From contig JBJESA010000129.1 in the NCBI GenBank assembly GCA_051882535.1, positions 1-39,171 of the forward strand: DNA of 39,171 bases, in the 5' to 3' direction. Position numbers and translations under genes: made by a program. Origin of the DNA: Oscillospiraceae bacterium (GTDB lineage: Bacteria; Bacillota; Clostridia; Oscillospirales; Ruminococcaceae). Shown here piece after piece: positions 1 to 7,788 of the stretch (position 1 is its first letter; each line of letters begins with the position of its first letter). The notes beneath the pieces were generated by a model, which searched no databases, had not been told where the DNA came from, and was given only the letters and a program-made list of their open reading frames with translations.

Positions 1-51
1 CAGCACAACGCTTGCAACCGCAAGCACCGAGCGAAATATCTTACCTGTCAT
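1..51 (-). CDS. phoR: Sensor histidine kinase PhoR, N-terminal fragment (runs off window)
   Basis: Reverse complement of 1-51 reads MTGKIFRSVLAVASVVL (basic then hydrophobic); ATG overlaps the phoB stop (ATGA); expected position after phoB. Confidence 0.7.
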   Translation of the reverse strand, partial: MTGKIFRSVLAVASVVL

Positions 52-722
52 TGTTTCTCCAATCTGTAACCTACACCGATTACTGTTTTTATCATAGAGC
101 CGCTTGCACCGAGTTTCTGGCGAAGTGTGGCGATATGGACGTCAACAGTCCGCGACTCGCCCGCAAATTCTATGCCCCAGATTTTTGACAGCAGTTCCTC
201 GCGGGTGAATACCTTTTGCGGCTTTTGCATAAACAGACGCAGCAGCTCAAATTCCTTGAGCGTAAGTGCGATTTTTTTGCCGTCTACGGTAACGGTGTGC
301 TGATTAGTGTTGAGGGAGATGTTGCCTGCTGTCAGAATTTCGTCATTGTCGGGCTGCTCGCCGCATCTGCGTAGCACCGCCTTTACTCGTGATACCATCT
401 CCATAACGCCGAACGGCTTTACAAGATAATCGTCCGCACCAAGGTCGAGATTCTGGATTTTGTCCATCTCTGTGCCTTTGGCAGTCGCCATAATCACGGG
501 TATTTTTCGCCAGTCGGGGTTTTGTACCATCTCGCGTAAGACCTCTGTGCCGTCCTTTTCGGGCAGCATAATGTCGAGAATAATCAAGTCGGGCTTTTCG
601 GTTTTCAGTGCTTCAAGCATAGAAACTCCGTCCGCAAATCCTCTCGCAGAAAATCCCGTGCTTTCGAGAGTGTACACCTCGATATCGCGGATTGCATCAT
701 CGTCATCAACACACCAAATCAT
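48..722 (-). CDS. phoB: OmpR/PhoB-family response regulator (phosphate regulon)
   Basis: Receiver motifs VDDD, ILDIMLP, GADDYLVKPF; winged-helix C-terminus (SRTVDVHIATLRQKL, VIGVGY); lies in pst-phoU operon. Confidence 0.9.
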   Translation of the reverse strand: MIWCVDDDDAIRDIEVYTLESTGFSARGFADGVSMLEALKTEKPDLIILDIMLPEKDGTEVLREMVQNPDWRKIPVIMATAKGTEMDKIQNLDLGADDYLVKPFGVMEMVSRVKAVLRRCGEQPDNDEILTAGNISLNTNQHTVTVDGKKIALTLKEFELLRLFMQKPQKVFTREELLSKIWGIEFAGESRTVDVHIATLRQKLGASGSMIKTVIGVGYRLEKQ

Positions 723-725
723 AAT

Positions 726-1367
726 TTACTCCTTATGTTTTCCCGTTACGGAGAATTCCACCCACTCTGCAATATTTGTTGCGTGGTCGCCGATTCGCTC
801 AAAGTACTTTGTTATCATCAGCAAATCCATCGCATACTCACTGTCGGCGGGGCTTTCGGCAATCATTTTGATGAGGTTAGATTTCACCTTTACGAAGCAC
901 TCGTCTACCACATCATCATACTCTTCGACCGCTTGGGCAATCGAGATATCCTGCTTTACGTAAGCCTCGATACTGTCGGTTACCATCTTAATGGTCGCCT
1001 GAGCCATTCTGCGGATATCGTGGCATTCGTCGCCTGTGCGTCCGTTGAGGAACGGAATAATCTCTGCAATATCCTCCGCCTGGTCGCCGATACGCTCCAT
1101 ATCGGTAATCATTTTCAAGGCTGCTGAAATCTGCCGCAAGTCCTTGGCAACAGGCTGCTGCTGGAGCAGGAGCTTCAGGCAGATGGACTCAATCTCACGC
1201 TCGGCACGGTCGATATCCGAGCCGAATTTTATTGCGTTTTCCGCGATTTCTGCATCTGCGTCCAAAAGAGCCTTTGCCGACATTGCTATAATCTTCTCGC
1301 ACATCGCACCCATTTCGGTGAGTTTTTTGTTAAGCAGCGAAAGCTGTTCGTCGAAGCGATTTCTCAT
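726..1367 (-). CDS. phoU: Phosphate signalling protein PhoU
   Basis: QQPVAKDLR, DMERIGDQA and ERIGDHATNIAEWV motifs; follows pstB. Confidence 0.96.
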   Translation of the reverse strand: MRNRFDEQLSLLNKKLTEMGAMCEKIIAMSAKALLDADAEIAENAIKFGSDIDRAEREIESICLKLLLQQQPVAKDLRQISAALKMITDMERIGDQAEDIAEIIPFLNGRTGDECHDIRRMAQATIKMVTDSIEAYVKQDISIAQAVEEYDDVVDECFVKVKSNLIKMIAESPADSEYAMDLLMITKYFERIGDHATNIAEWVEFSVTGKHKE

Positions 1368-2119
1368 TATCCGAACCTCCCCGTTATGTAGTCTTCTGTT
1401 CTCTTGTCCTTGGGCATGGAGAACAGATCTTCTGACTTGCCGTGTTCAACCAGTTCTCCCAGAAGGAAGAAAGCCGTATAATCGGAAATTCGCACCGCCT
1501 GCTGCATATTGTGGGTTACTATAACTATAGTATAACTCTTTTTTAACTCAATTGCAAGTTCTTCTATGCGAGAAGTTGAAATTGGGTCGAGTGCGGAGGT
1601 AGGTTCGTCCATCAAAAGCACCTTGGGTTTTACCGCAAGTGCCCTTGCAATGCAGAGTCGCTGCTGCTGACCGCCCGAAAGACCGAGTGCGGATTTTTTC
1701 AATCTGTCTTTCACTTCGTCCCAGATTGCTGCACCTTTGAGGGATTCCTCAACGATTTCATCGAGCTGAACCTTGTTCTTGATACCGTGGGTGCGGGGAC
1801 CGTAGGCGATGTTGTCGTAAATGCTCATGGGGAAAGGATTGGGTTTCTGGAACACCATTCCGATTTCACGGCGAAGTTCGTTTACGTCCAAATCCTTGTC
1901 GAAAATGTCCTGACCGTTGTAGCAAATTTTTCCCGTAACCTTAACGCCGGGAACAAGGTCGTTCATTCGATTGAGCGTTTTGAGGAATGTAGACTTGCCG
2001 CAGCCCGAAGGCCCGATTAGAGCGGTGATGTTGTTCTCCTCAATGTTTATATTCACGTTTTTGATGGCGTGATGTGCCGTGTACCAGAGATTCATTTCCT
2101 CTACGGTGATTATACTCAT
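1367..2119 (-). CDS. pstB: Phosphate ABC transporter ATP-binding protein
   Basis: [49 protein letters not shown] end; start chosen at ATG 2119 overlapping pstA stop. Confidence 0.96.
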   Translation of the reverse strand: MSIITVEEMNLWYTAHHAIKNVNINIEENNITALIGPSGCGKSTFLKTLNRMNDLVPGVKVTGKICYNGQDIFDKDLDVNELRREIGMVFQKPNPFPMSIYDNIAYGPRTHGIKNKVQLDEIVEESLKGAAIWDEVKDRLKKSALGLSGGQQQRLCIARALAVKPKVLLMDEPTSALDPISTSRIEELAIELKKSYTIVIVTHNMQQAVRISDYTAFFLLGELVEHGKSEDLFSMPKDKRTEDYITGRFG

Positions 2120-3063
2120 TGATTTTTTCTCCTTTTGAAATAGGCTCCGCAAAGCTCGGCGGAAAGGTTGATGAGAAGCGTAAGTACCATAAGAATTGCC
2201 GCGATTGCGAAAGCAACGCCGAACTCTCCCTGCTCTTTCGCATACACATAAAGTGCAACGGTGAGAGTAGCACCCGAGCTTGTAAGGCCCTCAAATATGC
2301 CGTTTAACGCGTGAGCAAATCCTGCGGTAAAGAGCAGTGCCGCCGATTCTCCGAGAATTCTTCCCACGGAAAGAATACAGCCGGTTACAACGCCGTCGAT
2401 ACACTCGGGAAGTACAACCGTGCGGATAACTCGCCATTTTCCCGCACCAAGCCCGAACGCACCCTCACGATAACTCTGGGGAACGGTTTTCAGGCTCTCC
2501 TGAATAGTACGCATAACGGTGGGTAGATTCATGATAACCAGCGTCATAGAGCCTGCAAGAAGCGAGGTTTTCATGCTCATAAACTGGCAGAAGAACAGCA
2601 TACCTACCAGTCCGTAGATGATGGAGGGAATACCCGAGAGTGCCTCGGCTGCGTATTCGATAATTCCGACTACGCGTTTGTTTTTCGCATACTCTGTAAG
2701 ATACACGGCAGCCCCCGCACCAAGCGGAAGAACAACCAGCAATGTTGCCAGAATGACATACAGCGTATTCAGAATTTCGGGCAGAATTCCGATTGTGCCT
2801 TTTAAGTAGCTGGGCTTTGTGGAGAGAAGTTCCCAGGAAATATTGGGAATTCCCTTGACCATAACATATCCGATGAGGAACACCACCAAAAGGCAGGTGA
2901 GGGTAACGGATATCAGCATAAGTGCCTTCATAATGGAGGCATAAGCTTTGCGTTTGGGGGAAAGCTGACGTTTCATAGCTGTTTTCTTTGCAGAGGTTAA
3001 GGGGGAGATGGAATAATCCATCTCAACTCCGGTTGTAGTTGTGGGGGAAAGTGTTTCTTTCAT
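2116..3063 (-). CDS. pstA: Phosphate ABC transporter permease PstA
   Basis: Multiple TM segments, [22 protein letters not shown] loop, GRILGESA; GGAGG RBS upstream. Confidence 0.93.
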   Translation of the reverse strand: MKETLSPTTTTGVEMDYSISPLTSAKKTAMKRQLSPKRKAYASIMKALMLISVTLTCLLVVFLIGYVMVKGIPNISWELLSTKPSYLKGTIGILPEILNTLYVILATLLVVLPLGAGAAVYLTEYAKNKRVVGIIEYAAEALSGIPSIIYGLVGMLFFCQFMSMKTSLLAGSMTLVIMNLPTVMRTIQESLKTVPQSYREGAFGLGAGKWRVIRTVVLPECIDGVVTGCILSVGRILGESAALLFTAGFAHALNGIFEGLTSSGATLTVALYVYAKEQGEFGVAFAIAAILMVLTLLINLSAELCGAYFKRRKNQ

Positions 3064-3064
3064 A

Positions 3065-3928
3065 TCAGCCCTCCTTGTCGCGTTTGAGGAAGAAATTCAG
3101 CACCGCGTTAATCAGCATAATGAAGAGGAACAGCACCAGTGCTATGGAGAAAAGTGCCTGTCGCTGCAGTCCCGACGAGTAGGACATCTCGCTTGCCACT
3201 GCGGTGGTAAGGAATCGCACGCTCTCGAAAATAGACGGCATATTCGGTGCGTTTCCCGATACCATCATAACCGCCATTGCTTCGCCGATTGCACGGCCTA
3301 CGCCGAGGACTACGGCTGCCGCAATTCCGCTTTTCGCTGCGGGTGCGGATACTCTGAAATACGTTTCGATGGGTGTTGCACCGAGAGCGAGAGAGGCTTC
3401 TTCGTATTCGCGGGGTACTGCTTCAAGTGCATTCAGCGATACTTTTATAATTGAGGGGAGCACCATAATCGCCAGCACGATAATCGCAGCCAAAAGGCTT
3501 GCTCCATCGGGAACATTGAAGAGTTTTCTGATTGCTGGGACAAGCACCAGCATTCCCACCAGACCGTATACTACCGAGGGAATTCCCGCAAGCAGTCCAA
3601 CTGCGGAGGAAACTACTTTCTTCACTTTTGAAGAAGCGATTTTCGCGAGGTAGACAGCGGTGAGAAAGCCAATCGGCGTGCCTACGAGGATTGCTCCCGC
3701 CGTGCCGTAAACGCTTGTGAGGATAAAGGGGAGGATTCCGTATTTCGGCTCGGCAGCTGTGGAATTCCACTCTGCACCGAACAGAAAATCGAACAGTCCG
3801 ATTTCGGCGATAGCGGGTATTCCGGAAATTACGAGATACACCGTGATTACAAGCACCGATGCTACCGTAATAAGTCCCAGAACAAGAAAAATGCCGTGGA
3901 TAATTCGTTCAAATACTTTGTTTTTCAT
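3065..3928 (-). CDS. pstC: Phosphate ABC transporter permease PstC
   Basis: LAGIPSVVYGL, EASLALGAT, GRAIGEAMAVMMVSGN; ATG 3928 with GGTGA RBS preferred to TTG 3946, which abuts a hairpin. Confidence 0.93.
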   Translation of the reverse strand: MKNKVFERIIHGIFLVLGLITVASVLVITVYLVISGIPAIAEIGLFDFLFGAEWNSTAAEPKYGILPFILTSVYGTAGAILVGTPIGFLTAVYLAKIASSKVKKVVSSAVGLLAGIPSVVYGLVGMLVLVPAIRKLFNVPDGASLLAAIIVLAIMVLPSIIKVSLNALEAVPREYEEASLALGATPIETYFRVSAPAAKSGIAAAVVLGVGRAIGEAMAVMMVSGNAPNMPSIFESVRFLTTAVASEMSYSSGLQRQALFSIALVLFLFIMLINAVLNFFLKRDKEG

Positions 3929-3944
3929 TTTATCACCATAACAC

Positions 3945-3979
3945 AAAAAGCGGCGGCTTTGGAAGGAAGAAGCCGCCGC
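3945..3979 (-). terminator. Intra-operon stem-loop after pstS (partial terminator or mRNA stabiliser)
   Basis: GCGGCGGCTT (3950-3959) / AAGCCGCCGC (3970-3979) 10 bp stem followed by a T5 tract on the minus strand. Confidence 0.7.
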
Positions 3980-3992
3980 CCGATTTCAGCTG

Positions 3993-4790
3993 TTAGTTTG
4001 CGGGAACAACACCTGCGGAAGCGATGATTTCGCGAGCCTGCTCGGAGATTGCATAGTCATAGAACTTCTGTGCAGACTTGGAGAGTTTTACGCCGTCCTT
4101 GGTTACCAGTACGAACGGACGCTGGATAACGTAAGAGCCGTTCTTGATGGTTTCCTCATTGGCTGCTACTCCGCCAACGGTCAGTGCCTTTACGCTTTCC
4201 TTAACAGATGCCACAGAAGCATAACCGATTGCGTCGGGGTTGCTGGAAACTGTAGTGATTACGTCACCTGTGGAGGTGAGTTCCTGGCGGTACTTGCACT
4301 TGTCCTTGGTGGAGGTTATGCTTTCGAAGCCGTCACGTGTGCCGCTTCCTGCTTCACGTCCGATTACTACGATTTCTGCGTCATTGCCGCCGATATCTTT
4401 CCAGTTGGTGATTTCGCCGGTGTAGATTTTCGCGATATCCTCGAGCTTGAGGTCGGATACGGAGTTTGCAGGATTTACAATAACCGCGATTCCGTCATAA
4501 GCGAGTACTGTTGCGGTAAGTCCGGATTCCTTTTCGCTGTCCTTGAGGTCGCGGCTGGAAAGTCCGATGTCGCATCTTCCCTCGAGAACTGCGGTGATGC
4601 CGGTACCCGAGCCGGTGGGATTGTATGTAAACTCAATTCCCGTGTCGTTGGTGAATGCCTCACCCAGCGAGCCGATTACCTTCTCCATCGATGTAGAACC
4701 ATCAGTGGAAACCGCACCGCTGTTTCCCGAACAGCCGGTGAGTGATACTGCCGCAAGTGCAGCGGCGATAAATGCAATAATTTTCTTCAT
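3993..4790 (-). CDS. pstS: Phosphate-binding lipoprotein PstS
   Basis: Lipobox LTGC, DGSTSM, GSGTG, SSRDLK, REAGSGTR motifs. Confidence 0.94.
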   Translation of the reverse strand: MKKIIAFIAAALAAVSLTGCSGNSGAVSTDGSTSMEKVIGSLGEAFTNDTGIEFTYNPTGSGTGITAVLEGRCDIGLSSRDLKDSEKESGLTATVLAYDGIAVIVNPANSVSDLKLEDIAKIYTGEITNWKDIGGNDAEIVVIGREAGSGTRDGFESITSTKDKCKYRQELTSTGDVITTVSSNPDAIGYASVASVKESVKALTVGGVAANEETIKNGSYVIQRPFVLVTKDGVKLSKSAQKFYDYAISEQAREIIASAGVVPAN

Positions 4791-4836
4791 AGTGATTTCT
4801 CCTTGTTGTTTTGTTTTGCCTTCAGGTTACAGTCTA

Positions 4837-4891
4837 ATTATACCGAAGCGGTGTTAAAACGGCTATCCGTTGTTTGTAAAATCTGTGTAAA
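4837..4891 (-). promoter_or_regulatory. pstS promoter with Gram-positive Pho box
   Basis: Minus strand TTTACA (4891-4886) and TTTACA (4880-4875) 11 bp apart, a third TTAACA (4857-4852), TATAAT at 4842-4837 with no consensus -35; matches the TT(A/T/C)ACA PhoP repeat of Bacillus subtilis. Confidence 0.75.
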
Positions 4892-4991
4892 ATCAAAAAG
4901 GGCTTACTAAGGAGATTCATTTGAGTAAGTTCGACCGAAAAGAAGATTATTACATAGCATTTCGCAATGCAAAATTGGCATACTTTTTCCA

Positions 4992-5020
4992 TTGACAAAA
5001 GGAATTAACTATGTTATAAT
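4992..5020 (+). promoter_or_regulatory. Sigma-A promoter for AEC transporter
   Basis: TTGACA-N17-TATAAT with extended TG. Confidence 0.8.
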
Positions 5021-5055
5021 ACTAATCGTTTGAAAACCGATTAGGAGATGGTGAC

Positions 5056-5988
5056 TTGTTTTTACTGATTTTATCGAATGTCGCAGTATTGCTTGTGTAT
5101 ATGCTGATGGGGTTTGTGCTGTGCAGGGCGAAAAAGGCGGCGGTTTCCCATGCGAAAAGTATGTCGGGGCTGCTGCTGTTCGTGCTTAGCCCCGCGATGA
5201 TTATAAATTCGTTTTTGCAGCTGGAGTATTCTCACGAGAATATAATCAAGATTGTGAAGTGCTTTGTGGCAACACTGCTTATTCAGATATTGTTTTTCGG
5301 GGTGCTGTACCTTGTTCTCCACAAAAAATACAAGGACGCAAAGTACCGTATACTTACGCTGGGCGGCGTACTGGGAAACGTGGGCTTCTTTGGAATGCCG
5401 GTGGTGAGCGGCTTGTTCCCCGACGACCCGATTGTGCTGTGCTACAGTTCGATTAACGTGATGTCGATGAATCTGATTGTCTTTACGATTGGCGTGTTCC
5501 TCATCACCAACGATAAGAAATATGTTTCGCTGAAAAGTGCAGTCCTAAATCCCACAACGCTGTCGATATTGGCGGCACTTCCGTTGTTTTTCTTCAACGT
5601 GCAGCTGCCGGATATTGCTGAGAGTTCGATTGGCGTTCTCGCAAAAATGGTAACGCCGATGTGTATGTTTATTCTGGGAATGAGGCTGTCCGCTGCAAAA
5701 CTCAAATCCCTGTTTACCCGTCCGTTTGTGTATGCGACTTGCCTGCTGAAACTTGTTGCGTTTCCGATTTTCGCATATTTGTGCGTGAGGTGGATTCCGT
5801 TCTTTGATGATACTCTCAAAGCCACGATTGTGGTGCTGGCAGCGGCTCCGTCGGGTGCGGTAATAGAGTCGCTCGCGGAACTCCACGAGTGCGAGCAGGA
5901 GCTTTCCGCGAATGTCGTTCTGCTGACTACGATACTTAGCATAGCAACCACACCGGTTGTGACTTATGCGTTGATAAACCTATTATAA
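5056..5988 (+). CDS. AEC (auxin efflux carrier / malate permease) family transporter
   Basis: About 10 TM segments, GNVGFFGMPVV, NPTTL, PMCMFILG, AAPSG, VLLTTILS motifs; TTG start with AGGAG RBS. Confidence 0.88.
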   Translation: MFLLILSNVAVLLVYMLMGFVLCRAKKAAVSHAKSMSGLLLFVLSPAMIINSFLQLEYSHENIIKIVKCFVATLLIQILFFGVLYLVLHKKYKDAKYRILTLGGVLGNVGFFGMPVVSGLFPDDPIVLCYSSINVMSMNLIVFTIGVFLITNDKKYVSLKSAVLNPTTLSILAALPLFFFNVQLPDIAESSIGVLAKMVTPMCMFILGMRLSAAKLKSLFTRPFVYATCLLKLVAFPIFAYLCVRWIPFFDDTLKATIVVLAAAPSGAVIESLAELHECEQELSANVVLLTTILSIATTPVVTYALINLL

Positions 5989-5997
5989 TACATAAAC

Positions 5998-6024
5998 AGC
6001 CGCCTTGTGTTTTACAAGACGGCA
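5998..6024. repeat. 27 bp direct repeat, left copy (target-site duplication; terminator-like hairpin)
   Basis: AGCCGCCTTGTGTTTTACAAGACGGCA, identical to 6192-6218. Confidence 0.95.
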
Positions 6025-6191
6025 CAGTCTGTCGAAAAACCTTTGGGGGGCTGGGGGCTTGCCCCCAGAACGGGGGAGTGGGGGTGCGTTAGCACCCCCA
6101 CGGAATAAGAAAAATAGCCCCCTCCCCCTTCGGGGGAGGGGGTTGGGGGTGGGGGTGCCTCTCGCAGAAAAAAGACTTTTTCGACAAACTG
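6025..6191 (+). mobile_element. 167 bp MITE-like non-autonomous element, copy 1
   Basis: Terminal inverted repeats CAGTCTGTCGAAAAA / TTTTTCGACAAACTG (14/15), flanking 27 bp direct repeats, three internal GC hairpins, homologous to 35509-35676 and 39119-39171. Confidence 0.88.
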
Positions 6192-6218
6192 AGCCGCCTT
6201 GTGTTTTACAAGACGGCA
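6192..6218. repeat. 27 bp direct repeat, right copy
   Basis: Identical to 5998-6024. Confidence 0.95.
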
Positions 6219-6222
6219 TAAT

Positions 6223-7029
6223 TTATGTGTTTGCAGAAATTCTCTTCTCAAACTTATTGAGGATATTCAGCAAGGGTTCGGGAAGGCGGGTTCGGCACTC
6301 CTTTTTGAGATTTTCGGGAACACCGTAAAAGCCCTCGGCGATGCTGCCTGCGATTGCGGTGAGCGTATCGCAGTCGCCACCGAGCGACACAGCGGTTCGG
6401 ATTACGTCCTCGAAATCTTCTCCCTCGAGGAATGCTGTGATAGCTTCGGGAACAGTTCCCTGACACGTTTCTACATGGTGGTAGTGCGGACGGATTTCGT
6501 CACAGGTACGGTTGAGTTTGTAGCCGAATTCTCGCTCGATGTACTCCTTGATTTCCGATTTGTCGTGACCTGTTCGTGCGAGAAAAATTGCGGCAGCCGT
6601 CGCTTCTGCACCCTTGATTCCCTCGGGGTGGTTGTGGGTAACTTCCGCGGAGAGTTTCGCCGCATGACGGACTGATTCTATATCGTCAAACAGCCAAGCA
6701 GCCGAGGACACCCGCATTGCAGAGCCGTTTCCGTAGCTTCCGTATGCCCCAAGATTCTCGTAACTCAGCCACTTGCGGAACATTCCACCGTAACCTGCAC
6801 GCGGGAAGATATGCCCGAATAATCGCATATTCTTCGCGAGTTTTTGGCGAATGGTATCGTCAGAATCGCTGTCCGTACAGTCCAGAAACGCGGCTGCCAC
6901 TGCGATAGTCATCACCGTATCATCAGTAAAATGCGACCGCTCGGAGAACAGCGGAAAATCCTTAGTCTTATCACCCCTGTCGAACTCGTAGGGACTGCCG
7001 ATAATATCGCCTAAAATTGCACCAATCAT
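6223..7029 (-). CDS. ADP-ribosylglycohydrolase (ARH/DraG family)
   Basis: GAILGDIIG, TDDT, GNGSAMR, VTHNHPEG, GGDCDT metal-binding motifs; ATG overlaps the vWA gene stop. Confidence 0.93.
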   Translation of the reverse strand: MIGAILGDIIGSPYEFDRGDKTKDFPLFSERSHFTDDTVMTIAVAAAFLDCTDSDSDDTIRQKLAKNMRLFGHIFPRAGYGGMFRKWLSYENLGAYGSYGNGSAMRVSSAAWLFDDIESVRHAAKLSAEVTHNHPEGIKGAEATAAAIFLARTGHDKSEIKEYIEREFGYKLNRTCDEIRPHYHHVETCQGTVPEAITAFLEGEDFEDVIRTAVSLGGDCDTLTAIAGSIAEGFYGVPENLKKECRTRLPEPLLNILNKFEKRISANT

Positions 7030-7670
7030 CTTTTTGCACCTCTCTTATTGAAATCTTCTTCAATCTTGTTCTTCCAATCGTTGGGAATCGATGCGGAACA
7101 GCTTCTCATACATGAAATGGATTCGCTGAGTACCTCAAAATTGAGGGCTGTGCCTTCGCTGTCGCACCGGTAGTTCGCGGCACGGGACTTGTCAATTCCG
7201 AAACGTGCGGCTTCTGCAACGGCGTCGATATTCGCACCTAGGAAGAGAAACTCCCAGCCGTAACGCTCTTTCTGGCGTTCAATCATAGCACGGACTTTTT
7301 CGTAGGTGTAGTGACGGCTTGCGTTTTCCATGCCGTCCGTTGTGATAATGAACAGCGTTTTGTCGGGGATATCTTCCTTTCGTGCGTACTTGTGGATATT
7401 GCCGATGTGTTTGATTGCTCCGCCGACTGCGTCAAGCAGTGCGGTACAGCCGCGAACGAAGTATTCCTTGTCGGTTAGATTGGGAACGTCTTTAAGATTC
7501 AGGCGGTCGTGGATAACGTCAATTTCGTTATCAAAAAGCACGGTGGAGATATATGCTTCGCCGTCCTCCTTACGCTGCTTTTCCAGCATTGAATTAAAGC
7601 CGCCGATTGTGTCGGCTTCCAGCCCTGACATTGAGCCGCTGCGGTCTAAAATAAATACGATTTCTGTCAT
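7026..7670 (-). CDS. Stand-alone von Willebrand A domain protein
   Basis: MIDAS DRSGS, TALLDA, IITTDGMEN; CAGGAGG RBS. Confidence 0.9.
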   Translation of the reverse strand: MTEIVFILDRSGSMSGLEADTIGGFNSMLEKQRKEDGEAYISTVLFDNEIDVIHDRLNLKDVPNLTDKEYFVRGCTALLDAVGGAIKHIGNIHKYARKEDIPDKTLFIITTDGMENASRHYTYEKVRAMIERQKERYGWEFLFLGANIDAVAEAARFGIDKSRAANYRCDSEGTALNFEVLSESISCMRSCSASIPNDWKNKIEEDFNKRGAKR

Positions 7671-7712
7671 TGTAATTACCTCCTGTGTAGTTGTGTTTTA
7701 TCTTGTGATTTT

Positions 7713-7756
7713 ATTATACAACAAAGGGGAGGTAAAATGGTCGCTTGACAGGCGAC
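7713..7756 (-). promoter_or_regulatory. vWA-ARH promoter: -10 box plus palindromic operator GTCGC-N7-GCGAC
   Basis: TATAAT at 7718-7713, no consensus -35 at 17 bp; GTCGCttgacagGCGAC at 7740-7756 abuts the -35 position. Confidence 0.55.
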
Positions 7757-7761
7757 AAATT

Positions 7762-7788
7762 AAGCCCCGAATATTTCGGGGGTTTTTT
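7762..7788 (-). terminator. Hairpin after macrodomain gene
   Basis: CCCCGAA-TAT-TTCGGGG stem with flanking A/T tracts directly at the stop codon. Confidence 0.7.

Noticed and set aside
6103-6117. Variable linker as a guide matching its own insertion flank
   Set aside because: Only loose A-rich similarity to flanks in both full copies; not distinguishable from chance with two examples.
5998-6218. 27 bp direct repeats as a mini-CRISPR array
   Set aside because: Only two repeats, a 167 bp insert that is repeated elsewhere and has terminal inverted repeats, and no cas genes.
5983-6328. Short ORFs across element copy 1 (and 35303-35658 across copy 2)
   Set aside because: Gly/Pro-rich translations of G/C runs with no RBS or transposase motifs.
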